Positions 35,960 through 47,000 of a stretch of DNA of 64,000 bases are shown piece by piece. The stretch comes from a virus. Its lineage: Duplodnaviria; Caudoviricetes. Location: the IMG/VR virus record IMGVR_UViG_3300036797_000015, positions 9,826 through 73,825 of that record. One strand, given 5' to 3'. Positions within the stretch are counted from its first letter, which is position 1. Every line of letters begins with the position of its first letter. The notes under the pieces are model-generated. The model did no database searches, was not told the DNA's origin, and was given only the letters and a program-made list of their open reading frames with translations. The translations under genes and the position numbers were made by a program.

Positions 35960-36848
35960 TGTAGTACCAGATACAAATTGGTTGATTAAGTATCTGGGGA
36001 TTCAGCGCGCATATGATAAGGATGTGCAATCTGCCCTACAAAGAGCCGCATTTGACGCTGCGAAGATAGCCAACAAACTCAAAGATGGCGAGAAGATCAG
36101 TGAACGCACACGGCGCTACCAAGCCAATCTGGTCAGATACCAAATTCGCGACATCATCAAAGATCTGTTCTCGGACCTTGTCCCGACGCTTAGGGCAGGC
36201 CAAAGAGACGCAGCAGAGGCAGCTGCGAGGCTTGATCTGGCGCAAAGTGCCCAAGTACTAAAGGCTCTATATCCGAACGAGGATATGCGGAAACACGCTG
36301 AGGCGAGTATGGTCCAGACCGCTCGTCATAGTATAGAGGCGATGGTGAACCGGGTCACCGGATACTCCCCGAGCTACCCGCTATCGCGCCGGGTCTACCG
36401 ATCTGGGGCTATCGCGTCAGGTAGGCTGGATCGCAAAATCGACTCAGCCCTAGGTAGAGGCGTAAGTGCCCAGGAGCTTGCCAAAGCCGTCAAAAAGGAC
36501 ATCCTTCCAAATACGCCAGGCGGGGTAAGCTATGCTGCCATGAGATTGGCACGGACTGAAATTGGTAATGCCTTCCATACTCAGGTTATCAACAGCGTAC
36601 AGGATCACGAATGGGTGACTGATGTACGTTGGAATTTGAGCGGCCAACACAAACCCGACCCTGGCGATCTTTGCGAACAGTACGCAGCGCAAGGCACATT
36701 CAACAAGAACGAAGTGCCGAATAGGCCACACCCGAATTGTATGTGCTATGTGACTCCTGTGACAGATAACTTCCAGAGCTTTGCAGACAGACTCAAAGCA
36801 GGCGACTTTCACGCCTACTATCAACGCAGATACGGCGGCGTGGCTTAA
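35940..36848 (+). CDS. MuF/SPP1 gp7-like minor head protein
   Basis: RLARTEI..W..C...PHPNCMCY. Confidence 0.8.
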   Translation: MVHPLADVVPDTNWLIKYLGIQRAYDKDVQSALQRAAFDAAKIANKLKDGEKISERTRRYQANLVRYQIRDIIKDLFSDLVPTLRAGQRDAAEAAARLDLAQSAQVLKALYPNEDMRKHAEASMVQTARHSIEAMVNRVTGYSPSYPLSRRVYRSGAIASGRLDRKIDSALGRGVSAQELAKAVKKDILPNTPGGVSYAAMRLARTEIGNAFHTQVINSVQDHEWVTDVRWNLSGQHKPDPGDLCEQYAAQGTFNKNEVPNRPHPNCMCYVTPVTDNFQSFADRLKAGDFHAYYQRRYGGVA

Positions 36849-36886
36849 AATGAGCGCGTCCTTTTGAAACAGGTTAGGATACCGCT

Positions 36887-37645
36887 ATGACCATGAGTCC
36901 ATTTGAGACCACGACTCCGAACGCTCTATTTGCGGCGTTATTGGCAATCGGTGGTGGTGATGGTGAGCGTGAAACAGACTCGGGCACGTCGAATAACAGT
37001 GCCGGAGGTTCCAGCGACTCCGGTGGAAAAGACTCTGGAGAATCTAAGGATTCTGACAAGTCTGATGGCGACGATGACAAAGACAAGCCTGACGAGCGCG
37101 ATGAGAAGATCAAAGAGCTTGAGAAGAAGGCAGACGACGAGAAGAAGGCCCGCATTAAACTTGAGCGTGAACGTGACAAGGAACTTGAGTCCAAAAACGC
37201 TGAGAATGAAAATGTCGAGGCCGAACGTGACGACTACAAGCAGAAGTACGAGAAGCTGCTCAAGTACGTCGAGAACGATGCCCTTGTTGGCGCTATCGCT
37301 CGGAATAGCAAATTCGACTTCCACGACCCCAAAGCAGTCCTGAACTTTATCGACAAGAACAATATCAGGCTCGATCTGGACAAGGGCGACATTGACGGTC
37401 TGGATCTTGAGATCAAGCGTATTGCCAAGGATAATCCTTGGATGTTGAAGCCTACTGCTCCCCCGGCAGGCGATGGTGATAAGCAGGACCAGCAAGACAA
37501 CCAAAATGGTGGCGGTAGCGCACCGCCGAGCGGTAACCACCCGTTTGGCGGCACTTCGTGGCAACGCGAGACTGACAAGACCAAGCTAGGGTCAAAGTAC
37601 AACATTCCTGGCTTCCGCGGCGCAAGCAATATTCGGCCAGCATAA
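36887..37645 (+). CDS. Scaffolding protein
   Basis: Acidic/low-complexity N-terminus, coiled coil, position before capsid genes. Confidence 0.8.
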   Translation: MTMSPFETTTPNALFAALLAIGGGDGERETDSGTSNNSAGGSSDSGGKDSGESKDSDKSDGDDDKDKPDERDEKIKELEKKADDEKKARIKLERERDKELESKNAENENVEAERDDYKQKYEKLLKYVENDALVGAIARNSKFDFHDPKAVLNFIDKNNIRLDLDKGDIDGLDLEIKRIAKDNPWMLKPTAPPAGDGDKQDQQDNQNGGGSAPPSGNHPFGGTSWQRETDKTKLGSKYNIPGFRGASNIRPA

Positions 37646-37661
37646 AGGGAAGGCAAATACA

Positions 37662-38102
37662 ATGGCCCGGTATGACAAGTATGATCCGATTAATGGTGGT
37701 TTCCGTGCTGCCATTGCTGCAGATTTCCCTGATGACCATCTTGGGAAAGTCTACGGAGTTGGCCTAGACTCTACTGGCAAGATCGTGTTCGGTGGAGGCC
37801 AATCAGGCATCCTCGGTCTGTTGGTCGTGACCCAGAAGCCTGGCCGAGTTGGTCCCAACAAGGAAGTTGCTATATTGGATGTGATGCGTAGTGGTTGCAT
37901 CACCGACTTTGGCCCTACGGCCGGCAACCCTGGTGTTGACTTTGGTGTCGCTGGCACCAAGTACTTCGCTAACTCGTCTACTGGCGTTGTCAGTGCCACT
38001 CCCGCAGTCGGTTCTGTCCTCGTCGGTGCTACTGTCGAGCCTGATAGGCTGGAAGTCAACGTCGTGCAGAACCCCCTGATCACGGGCCAGTACGGTCTGT
38101 AA
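37662..38102 (+). CDS. Capsid decoration/minor capsid protein
   Basis: Small Gly/Val-rich beta protein between scaffold and MCP. Confidence 0.65.
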   Translation: MARYDKYDPINGGFRAAIAADFPDDHLGKVYGVGLDSTGKIVFGGGQSGILGLLVVTQKPGRVGPNKEVAILDVMRSGCITDFGPTAGNPGVDFGVAGTKYFANSSTGVVSATPAVGSVLVGATVEPDRLEVNVVQNPLITGQYGL

Positions 38103-38132
38103 CTGCTGATCGCGCTTGCGGAAAGGAAAGCA

Positions 38133-39353
38133 ATGAAGTTGTATACGCCCGGCATCGAGCGGGAAAAGCAGTTTCTAGCCCAACAGTTCATGAAGTCTTT
38201 GAACTTGGGTGGAGGCGCTGGTAACCGCTCGGGCTACATGACTGAGGGTGATATCCTCACCCATACCATTGATGGTGTCGACCTGAATATGCTTTGGGCC
38301 GAGTTCATCGATGCGAACACGATCTACAATGAGCACAAGCAGGGTATGGTTGGCCTGCTTACCTACCCGGTTCTGTCTGACATCGAACTTGTCCCGCAGA
38401 TTGGCGACTTCAATTTCGAGGAAGCCACGGAGTTTGGTATCCCGCGTGGGCAGAACACGAATATCAGCTACTACCAGCTGGCATACGCCTACAAGGATTA
38501 CGACCTCAAGCTCGGCTACACGTGGAAGTTCCTGCGTGACTCCCCGGCCCAGCAGGTGGAAGCGATCCATACCAAGGCGATCCAGGCTGACCAGGCGCTG
38601 GTGTTCCGCAAGGTGATGGAGGCTCTGTTTGATAACAGGGACCGCCAGACCATCATCAATTCGCTGACATACAATGTCTACCCGTTGGCGAACGCGGATG
38701 GTTGGGTACCTCCCACTTACAAGGGCACGGCGTTCGATGGTACGCATAACCACTACCTCGTGAGTGGCGCGGCGACTGTCGACTCTGACGACTTTGAGAC
38801 TTGCGTGAACCACCTTACCGAGCATGGTTATGGTTGGGACACAGGCACTCAGATCGTATGCTTTGCGAACCGTGCGGAGATCAACTACATCCGTAAGTTC
38901 CGGTTTGGACAGACCAACCAGAACAGCGCGGTTGCCAATTACGACTTCATCCCGGCTCTTGGTCAGCCTGCGCTGATCGTGCCTAACGCTGAAGGTCTGT
39001 TGGGCGGCCAGGCACCTGGAGTTTGGAACGGTCTGCGCGTTTCCGGCTCATACATGGACGTAATTGTCATCGAGGAGCCACTGCTCCCCGCTGGCTATCT
39101 GCTTTTCATGTCGACAGGTGGCGCGAATGCTGACGAGAACATCGTCGGTGTCCGTGAGCACGCTTCGCCAGACTGGCGGGGTCTGAAGTTGCTGCCGGGT
39201 AACCAGCAGCGTTATCCGTTGATCGATGGCTACTACGTCCACGGCTTTGGGACTGGTATCCGTCGTCGCACCGGTGCTGTCGTTATGCAAGTCAAGGCGT
39301 CTGGTTCATACGTGTCGCCGACAGCGTACACGAATGACGGGAGCACTCGATGA
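38133..39353 (+). CDS. Major capsid protein
   Basis: 406 aa, strong RBS, synteny. Confidence 0.85.
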   Translation: MKLYTPGIEREKQFLAQQFMKSLNLGGGAGNRSGYMTEGDILTHTIDGVDLNMLWAEFIDANTIYNEHKQGMVGLLTYPVLSDIELVPQIGDFNFEEATEFGIPRGQNTNISYYQLAYAYKDYDLKLGYTWKFLRDSPAQQVEAIHTKAIQADQALVFRKVMEALFDNRDRQTIINSLTYNVYPLANADGWVPPTYKGTAFDGTHNHYLVSGAATVDSDDFETCVNHLTEHGYGWDTGTQIVCFANRAEINYIRKFRFGQTNQNSAVANYDFIPALGQPALIVPNAEGLLGGQAPGVWNGLRVSGSYMDVIVIEEPLLPAGYLLFMSTGGANADENIVGVREHASPDWRGLKLLPGNQQRYPLIDGYYVHGFGTGIRRRTGAVVMQVKASGSYVSPTAYTNDGSTR

Positions 39354-39784
39354 GTCGTCAAATCGACCATGACAAGCCTCTATCTGAAGAGGATAAGGCT
39401 TGGCTGAGAGAGACCAGCCAAGTCTGGCGCATTGAGGAGAATGAGCGCAAATTCGATAAGGCTCACCAGAAGTCTGAAGGGCATGTTGAGGAACCAGATC
39501 CTCATCGCGCCCCAGAATTGCCTCGACAGCCTGCCAATTTCGCCACTGATCAGTTTGTCACTGGTCCTGCCTATGCGGTAGCCAATCCGCCATGGCAGGG
39601 AGAGGTCCAGTCTGCTCAGGGGTATGTTGGTCAGACTGAGGATTCCAATGATGAAGAGGTTGTCACACCTGACCAGCTGACGGTTCCTGAGCTCAAAGAG
39701 GAACTCAAGAGCCGCGACCTGTCGACTGAGGGCAACAAGGCCGAACTTGTCAAGAGGCTTGAAAAGGCTCTAGACAAGGAGTAA
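39350..39784 (+). CDS. SAP/HeH-domain protein
   Basis: LTVPELKEELKSRDLSTEGNKAELVKRL. Confidence 0.8.
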   Translation: MSRQIDHDKPLSEEDKAWLRETSQVWRIEENERKFDKAHQKSEGHVEEPDPHRAPELPRQPANFATDQFVTGPAYAVANPPWQGEVQSAQGYVGQTEDSNDEEVVTPDQLTVPELKEELKSRDLSTEGNKAELVKRLEKALDKE

Positions 39785-39788
39785 GGCT

Positions 39789-40169
39789 TTGGCTACCCAG
39801 CAGCAGATCGACCTTGTCAAGATGAATCTGCCTTCATGGTGGAGCACTCTTGCTGACTGGGACGATGCCAAAGTCATTGCGGTTATTGACGCATACAATG
39901 GCAACGTCAACCAGTCGATCAGGCAGTTCTGGTACGATCGTGTAGCCTATACACAGCCGCTGGTCGATAGTAGCGAATCTGGTGGTTCTGCACCACTAAG
40001 CCAGGACCACGAATCTGCGGAGCGAATGCTCAAGTATTGGGATCAGCAGATTGCGCAGTCTTCAACTAGCGGTACAATCAAGATCAAGCGCAGGTACCGC
40101 CGTTGTCGCGGTAATGTGATCGTGCCGGACATTTACGGTTACGGGAGCCCATATGCCCGCACCGACTAG
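39789..40169 (+). CDS. Head-to-tail adaptor (putative)
   Basis: Synteny and size. Confidence 0.6.
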   Translation: MATQQQIDLVKMNLPSWWSTLADWDDAKVIAVIDAYNGNVNQSIRQFWYDRVAYTQPLVDSSESGGSAPLSQDHESAERMLKYWDQQIAQSSTSGTIKIKRRYRRCRGNVIVPDIYGYGSPYARTD

Positions 40170-40563
40170 TCTTGAAGACATCAAGCTCAATGAGATGCGT
40201 TGGAACACGCAGGAGTTCATCAAGCGCGACCCCACAGTAGTCACGCTTATTCCAACGCGTGGTGCGCCTATAGCAAAGCCGGGTGGAGGCCACGACTTTG
40301 GTACTCCTGTACCCAAGCCGGAACAGGTCTTCAGGCTTATCTCACAGTCTAATTTTGACGGAGTAGAGCTTAGCCCGAACGACGACGGCACATCCCGCAA
40401 ATTCGGCTATCTCGTCGTGGGAGCCTATGACGCCGACATCAGTATCGGGGATACCTGGGACGAGGGCGACCGTCATTACCATATAGACAGCATATCCGTG
40501 TATAATGGATATGAAGTGCGGGCTACCGCTACAGCATTCGCATCGGACCCGATCCATGGCTAA
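40153..40563 (+). CDS. Head-to-tail stopper (putative)
   Basis: beta-rich, DADISIGDTW; synteny. Confidence 0.65.
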   Translation: MPAPTSLEDIKLNEMRWNTQEFIKRDPTVVTLIPTRGAPIAKPGGGHDFGTPVPKPEQVFRLISQSNFDGVELSPNDDGTSRKFGYLVVGAYDADISIGDTWDEGDRHYHIDSISVYNGYEVRATATAFASDPIHG

Positions 40564-41128
40564 TGTGAATCTGCGAGTAGGTGACTTCAAGTTCGACGGT
40601 GGCGAGCTTACCAAGAACTGCGCACTCTTACCAGAGCAGATCAAAGAGAACATCACGCTAACTGTCGACTACGCCGCAGATTTCGGCACGACCTGGATGA
40701 AGAAAGCTGCACCTTGGCACGACAATACCAGCAATGCTCGAAATGGCTTATTCACCGCCACCTCCCACGCCCTGGGCGTTGGTTCTACAGGAGAGCATCG
40801 CATCCTGTTCAGCCACGGCGTTGATTATGGTATCTGGCTTGAGGTAGCAAACCAAGGTCGATACCAGATCATTATGCCTACGGTGAAGGCAATTGGCGAC
40901 CAACTGTTCAAGGGTTTGGATAGCCTTCTCAATCACCCGAATGACCCGATGCCGAATGTGTTCGACATCACTCAAGCCCCCGTCACGCAGAATGTCCAAC
41001 GCAAAGGCACTTCCCAAGGTGCCACGGTGCGCACACAACGACAAGCGCGACGGGTTAAACGTAATGTCAAGCAAACTGCTCGCGGTACTGCTAGAGTGAA
41101 TACTCGACAGGCAGGCAGGAACCGATGA
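40556..41128 (+). CDS. HK97 gp10-like tail completion protein with basic tail
   Basis: PWHDNTSNARNGL..HGVDYGIWLE..II. Confidence 0.65.
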   Translation: MANVNLRVGDFKFDGGELTKNCALLPEQIKENITLTVDYAADFGTTWMKKAAPWHDNTSNARNGLFTATSHALGVGSTGEHRILFSHGVDYGIWLEVANQGRYQIIMPTVKAIGDQLFKGLDSLLNHPNDPMPNVFDITQAPVTQNVQRKGTSQGATVRTQRQARRVKRNVKQTARGTARVNTRQAGRNR

Positions 41129-41550
41129 GCCGCGCAGCGATCCTTGACGCTATCGTAAATGACAGCGACCTCCAAGCTGAGGGATTTGACAGCACGAATG
41201 TGTTAGTCAATTATGATGGCGAACAGCGACCGTCAGACAAGATGTTTCTTGTCCTTCGCTGGGAAGCTGAAGACCCTGTGCTACTCGGTGATGACGAGGT
41301 TGTGCGCAGTGCCCGCAATCTCGCCGTATGGGTGCATATGTATCGTGAATTCTCTACAGACTTCGTCAGAATCGACGATTTGATCCAAAAGCTAAATGAC
41401 GTCCTGTCTAATATAATTGATACGCCTGGCGCTGATGGATATACTGTCAGCCGAGTTGAGTACAGAGGGAGCAGTCGTGACCTACGTGATGACGGCTACG
41501 ACACCCTATGCCGGTCCACCAGTTACTGGATGCTGAGTCGGAAAACATAA
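41125..41550 (+). CDS. Tail terminator (putative)
   Basis: Synteny and size. Confidence 0.6.
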   Translation: MSRAAILDAIVNDSDLQAEGFDSTNVLVNYDGEQRPSDKMFLVLRWEAEDPVLLGDDEVVRSARNLAVWVHMYREFSTDFVRIDDLIQKLNDVLSNIIDTPGADGYTVSRVEYRGSSRDLRDDGYDTLCRSTSYWMLSRKT

Positions 41551-41565
41551 TGAGAGGTAACCAAA

Positions 41566-42006
41566 ATGGCTGAGACTGCTGCTCAGAAGAAGGCACGTGA
41601 AGAGGCTGAAGGCAACACCGCTTCTCCACCTTCTGATGGCCCGACGCGAAACACGCTCACAGATGATATGCCGCAGCCCCCAGGCGTGGCAGAACGTAAG
41701 CGTCGTGTAGCGCGCAAGACTCGCAAGGGTCCGTTCGTGAAGTACGTTGGCGCCGCATCAGTGCGTGTCATCACGCCGACCCACTGGAACACTCTCGGAT
41801 TCCAGGATGTTCCCAAGGATGGATTTGCTCAGGTCGAGTGGACTAGCAAGAACGACTATATGGTCGAGTCCAAGGCATTCAGCAATGAGCAGCTCGATTA
41901 TCTGCTGATTGATGACATGCAAGCAGGAGGACGCGCCCACTCGTTCCTTGAAGTTGACTATGATAGCGATGGCCAACTTGTACAGGTAATTGACGACGAC
42001 GAATAA
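41566..42006 (+). CDS. Hypothetical virion-region protein
   Basis: GAGAGG RBS; 146 aa. Confidence 0.7.
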   Translation: MAETAAQKKAREEAEGNTASPPSDGPTRNTLTDDMPQPPGVAERKRRVARKTRKGPFVKYVGAASVRVITPTHWNTLGFQDVPKDGFAQVEWTSKNDYMVESKAFSNEQLDYLLIDDMQAGGRAHSFLEVDYDSDGQLVQVIDDDE

Positions 42007-42008
42007 CA

Positions 42009-42242
42009 ATGGCTGCCCCAGATGAGTACTATGAGGAGTTTGAAGGCCCGCTGCAGTGCGAAGGCACTATTGCTGGTGTCCTCAAACACCATCTGGGGAT
42101 TCGGTGTTTGGAGCATAAGTGCCATTCGCCGAAATGCACCAAAGGCAGGGCTGTAGCTGTGTTCCACTACTACAGTCTGGAGACCGGTGAAAGAGTGGAC
42201 ACCGTAGTGTATCAAGACCCAACACGGAGGTTCCGAAAATGA
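42009..42242 (+). CDS. Small Cys/His protein preceding the major tail gene
   Basis: LQC..KHH..KC..KC..VFHYY.LETG..YQDP. Confidence 0.65.
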   Translation: MAAPDEYYEEFEGPLQCEGTIAGVLKHHLGIRCLEHKCHSPKCTKGRAVAVFHYYSLETGERVDTVVYQDPTRRFRK

Positions 42243-43078
42243 CCAGTCTCCCGAATCCGCTACCGTATGGCATCAAGCAGATTCTCCTGACCCCATACGC
42301 AGACGCTCAGGGCAGTGTGCTCAGCAGCACGAGCTACCCGCTGCCGGTCGCTATGACCCTGGGCTTCTCTGAGACAGAGCAGTTTGATGAGCTGCGAGGC
42401 GACGACGAGCTTGTGGCTGTCCACGGTCGTGGACCGCAGGTCGATTGGTCGTTGGAAGCTGGCGGTATGTCGATCAAGGCTTGGTCGATCATTTCCGGCG
42501 CGATGGTGATCGAATCTGGTGTCACTCCGACACGCCAGGTGCGACTGCGCAAGTCCGGTGATGATCTGCGGCCTTACTTCCGCATCGATGGTCGCGTCAT
42601 TTCCGACTCGGGTGGCAACATCATCGCTCGTATCTACCGTGCGAAGGCTAATGGTAGGCTCCAGGCTGACCACCGCGGTGGCGCGTTCCAGACCTCCAAC
42701 ATCGACGGTATCGGTATGCCACTCGTGGGCGATCAGGGCCGGTGGCTGTATGAGATCATCCAGAATGAGACCGACAGCGCGATGTCGACTACGCCTGAAG
42801 CTAACCCTTTGGCAATCCCGACTGGTCTTCATACGACTGCTGTTGCTGCCACTTCAGTTACTCTGGCTTGGGACCCAGTTAGCATTGCTACCAGCTACCG
42901 AGTTCAGCAGTCTGTCGATGCTGGCGTGACGTGGACGAACGTGACGACTGATCCGACAACGCCGACTAAGACTGTCAGCTCGTTGACCACCGCGACGGCA
43001 TACCAGTGGCGGGTCGCTGCTATGGTGTCTTCGCAGGTTGGCGACTTCTGTACACCGATTCTGGTGACTACCTCGTAA
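42239..43078 (+). CDS. Major tail protein with C-terminal FN3 domain
   Basis: LPYGIKQI, ELRGDD; PTGL..SVTLAW..SYRV..YQWRVAA FN3 pattern. Confidence 0.85.
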   Translation: MTSLPNPLPYGIKQILLTPYADAQGSVLSSTSYPLPVAMTLGFSETEQFDELRGDDELVAVHGRGPQVDWSLEAGGMSIKAWSIISGAMVIESGVTPTRQVRLRKSGDDLRPYFRIDGRVISDSGGNIIARIYRAKANGRLQADHRGGAFQTSNIDGIGMPLVGDQGRWLYEIIQNETDSAMSTTPEANPLAIPTGLHTTAVAATSVTLAWDPVSIATSYRVQQSVDAGVTWTNVTTDPTTPTKTVSSLTTATAYQWRVAAMVSSQVGDFCTPILVTTS

Positions 43079-43111
43079 GAAAAGTCAACAATTGAGTCCT
43101 AGGAGGCCAAA

Positions 43112-43759
43112 ATGACTGAAATCAGTATCGAAGGTGCACAACCGAGGCATCAGGCTGCAGAAGCCATTGACTCTCGGTTCGCTACAGGCGTGGAGCCTGA
43201 GACTCCAACTCCCCCGGAACCCCCTCAGGCTCCACCCCCAGTGCAGAATCCATATGCCCCTACGCACTGGGGTCGTAAGCAGTATGTCGAGTATGATGTC
43301 ACTACGCCCAGTGGTCAGCTTTGCCGAGTTCGTAGGCTGGAGCGTAGTGACCTCATATCTCTGAATCTGCTACAGTACCTTGACACTTTCACGCCTATGC
43401 TTGTGGACCAAGGTATGACAGATTCAGAGCGTGAAGCTGAGATTCGTGAGGCCGTCCAGGAGAAGCCAGAATCTATGGGCAAAATGCTCACGGCTATCGA
43501 CAAGATCGTGCTAGCTGCGACGGTGAAGCCGCGTGTCACTGAGGACCCCAAGAAGGTCAATTACGGTACACCGCAGGATTGGGTTAACCAAAACTTCACG
43601 GCAACTGTCTTGCTTAAAGACATAGACGTGTTCGACCGTATGTTCATTTTCGGCGCGGCCTTTGGGCGGTCGATGGATGACTTGAAAAGTGTTCTACAAC
43701 AAGCGTCTGGCGTGGCAAGTGTGGCAGATGGCTCAATCGTACCACAGCAGGCCGAGTGA
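43112..43759 (+). CDS. Tail assembly chaperone (G-like)
   Basis: Between major tail and TMP genes. Confidence 0.8.
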   Translation: MTEISIEGAQPRHQAAEAIDSRFATGVEPETPTPPEPPQAPPPVQNPYAPTHWGRKQYVEYDVTTPSGQLCRVRRLERSDLISLNLLQYLDTFTPMLVDQGMTDSEREAEIREAVQEKPESMGKMLTAIDKIVLAATVKPRVTEDPKKVNYGTPQDWVNQNFTATVLLKDIDVFDRMFIFGAAFGRSMDDLKSVLQQASGVASVADGSIVPQQAE

Positions 43760-44045
43760 GATTTATGAAGTTGAAGGTGCCACTGGTTTGTATTTCGACC
43801 AAGGAATTTGGGCGTTTGGTAGCTGGGTAGAAGGCGAGTTGAACAGTGCTGAAGCGAGTGCTAAGAACGAAATGTTTGCTCGTTCAGCAAAGGAACGTGC
43901 TTTTGCTCGGTGTATGGGCGACGATATGGAACACTCCACGGCAGGTTTTGCTGACCCTTGGTCAGACGGAGGCTTGGCTGAACATATCAGGACGCCGCGA
44001 CGCCGAGTTGACCCAGAAGATGGCGAATTGCTCTGGAGTGAGTGA
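43686..44045 (+). CDS. Tail assembly chaperone C-terminal (T-like) frame, +1 relative to G
   Basis: Frame opens after TGA 43683-43685; WQMAQSYHSRPSEI pattern; stop overlaps TMP start. Confidence 0.7.
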   Translation, partial: KVFYNKRLAWQVWQMAQSYHSRPSEIYEVEGATGLYFDQGIWAFGSWVEGELNSAEASAKNEMFARSAKERAFARCMGDDMEHSTAGFADPWSDGGLAEHIRTPRRRVDPEDGELLWSE

Positions 44046-47000
44046 TGCCAGACTATAACCTAGGTCGTGCCCATGGCGAAATTGTCATCACCGCGGATAC
44101 TCGTGGTGCTGATCAAGCAGCTGTCGCTATGGGCGCGACTGCGGTTGAAGCTGAGGCTCTTGATAAATCCCTAGGCAAAGTCAAGACTCAATTTGGTGAG
44201 ACTTCTAAGGAAGCCCAACGAGCTACCGCGATAGTTGAGCAGAATCGTGGCCGAGTAAGCCAGTTGCGTGGTGAATATGATAGGTTGGGACAAAGCTATC
44301 AGAAGGCATATGAAGAATCCAAAAGGCTGAATAAAGCTTGGGCAGATCTGTCACAACTAGCCAAACATCAAGAAGTAAATCTGAATGATGTCATCAGTGC
44401 TAAGAATGCTGCACAGGAAGCAGATAGAAAAGCAGCAGATATCCTGGAGAAGCTGAACACAAAACATATTCAATATGCTAGTGCTATCAGCAACGTCACA
44501 ACGAGGCTATCTCTGTTGGGTCCTGCCCATAGGCAAGCTGAACGTGACGTAGAGTCATTTGGTAAGAAGATTGGCGAAGCCAATGAGCATATTGAAAAGC
44601 TTGCTGAAACGATTAGCAAAACCCTCTCTACTGCACTACATGGTATTGGGCAGCTTGGCGATATTGGTATGGCTGGCGGCGCTCTTGGCCTTCTGGGCGG
44701 GGGCGCTGGCAACGCACTCGTATCTGGAATGTCAGCCGTTGTCGAAGTCATTCAGCAGTTCAGCGGTGCGGTACTGCTTCTACCCGCCGCCGTTGGTGGT
44801 GCTGTAACTGCCCTAGGCACTCTCGCTGTAGGATTTCACGGAGTCGGCGAAGCCTTGTCGGCTATGGACGACCCCACCAAATTCGCGCAGGCACTCTATA
44901 ATTTGGCTCCAGCTGCCGCAGATGCCGTGCGAACCATCGCTAGCTTTGAATCTGCTTTCAAGGGTGCGATGCGTGAGGTTCAACAGTCTCTATCTGCGCC
45001 GATTGTCAGGGATATACAGCCTCTGATACAGACTTGGCTTCCAGCACTTATGCGTGCCGGCCAGCTTATCGCCGGAGTGTTCGGTGATATCGCCCATGAG
45101 TTCCTGGCCTGGACTCAACAGCCTCAGGTCATGGCGCAGTTTCAGTCCTTTATTGCCAATATGGCTAACGCGCTACGTGCTTTGCTACCCGCCATACAAC
45201 CTATTGCTAACGCTTTCTTGACGTTGACGACTGTTGGGTCGCAGGCGTTCGGTCGTCTGTCTGAAGCCGTTGTCAAATTGGCTAACGAGTTTAATGGTTG
45301 GGTACAGAACGCAGCATCGAACGGCGACCTTACGAAGTGGATCAATACTGCGCTCAACGCTTTCACTTCACTAGCGCATATTGCCGAGAATGTTTGGGGC
45401 ATTCTTGCTAACATCGCCAAGATCGGCGACACGTTCGGTGGCGGGTTCTTGGGTGTACTTGACGAGATAACTGGCAAGCTCAAGGAGTTCACTGAATCCA
45501 GAGAGGGACAAGAGCAGATTAGTGAGTTCTTCTCCATTCTGCGAGAAGCCGGACACGAACTTGGTCCTATTATCAAGATTGTCGCCGGTGGCGTTGGTGA
45601 ACTTGTAAAGCAGCTTCTTGAGCTAGGTGTAGCTATAGCGCCAGGCATTGAGGAGTTCCTGAAAGATCTGGCAGGCTCTATCAAGGAGCTAGGCGAGAAC
45701 TTTGTCAAGTCTGCGCCATCCTTCAACACGTTCCTCAAGGGCTTTGGCGAACTGATGAAGGAATTCATCGAGAGTATTGGCCCGCAGCTGCCTAACTTGT
45801 TCCGTGCGTTGGTACAAGCACTTATCGTGGCTTTGCCGACTTTGGACAAGGTCATTGAGGCTATCGCCAAGCTTATGGGTCACCTCACCCCACGAGAAGT
45901 GGAAGTGATTGCGCTAGTCGCAGCTAGCTTGTGGGGTCTACATGGGGCCTTGTCTGCAATAGCTGCTATCGGTCCTGCCATAGAGACTTTGGCAGCTGGA
46001 TTTGATGCTCTTGTAGCAGTATTCACGAGTCCCATTACCCTAGCAATTGTCGGTATAGTCGCTTTGGTAGGCGCGTTCATTTACGCTTACACGCACGTCA
46101 AGAGTTTCCACGATGCTGTCAATGGTACCCTCAAGGATCTCAAAGACTTCGCTGGTTGGGTAGGCCGCGAGTTTGTTAATGCTTGGCACTCAGTCACCGG
46201 CGCGATCAGCAATGCTATCTCCAGCATCAAGAACTTCCAGACTGAAGCCCACAACACGCTAGCCAATCTTGGTGGCATTATCTCCAGCGAGATTGGCAAG
46301 GTCATAGCACAGGCCGAGAACTGGGGCAGATCCATCGTCCAACGCCTAATTGATGGCATTAAGGGCATGTTCCACCCGCTCGGAGATGCTTGGTCGTGGC
46401 TGTTGAAGGCTGTGCGTGACCAGAACCCAAGTTCACCGCCTAAGACCGGGCCTCTGTCAGGCCAGGGTGACCCTCTGGTAGCCGGTCAGAACGTAGCCGA
46501 CCGATTTGCCACGGGTTTGAAGGCAGGTACTCCCGGCGTTAGTTCGGCATATTCAGCGGCGATTGGGAGCGGCGCAAGTACGTTCCAGACCGCTGGCCAA
46601 ACTGCTAGCGTGTCAGGTGGAGCTGACTTTACGCAGGGCAGATCGGGCTTCGATCAATGGATCAATTCGCTTACCCAAGACCTGTCGGCTTGGTCGTCCA
46701 TCCTACAACATAGCTTCAAGTTGTTCCAAGATGTAGCAGGTATATTCAGCTCTACCGCTCATGTAGTTGCTAACCTCTGGGGTGGTGGCGATAATCCACT
46801 TACGAGGCCTGGCGGGTTATTTGGTCCTCCTAAGAAAACTGGCCAACAGCATGTCGATGGCGTGCCTGACGCTCCTGAGCCCAAGGGTGTCGCGCCTGAC
46901 CAGTATGGTAAGGATTTAGCTGGTGCGCAGAATACAGTTCCGCAGCAGTCGGTCGCCGGAGTGCCTAACGCTAAGTGGTGGGGCAGCAACGGTACCGTAC

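Noticed and set aside
43687-43830. Canonical -1 tail-chaperone frameshift
   Set aside because: The -1 frame stops at 43828-43830 and there is no slippery heptamer in the overlap.
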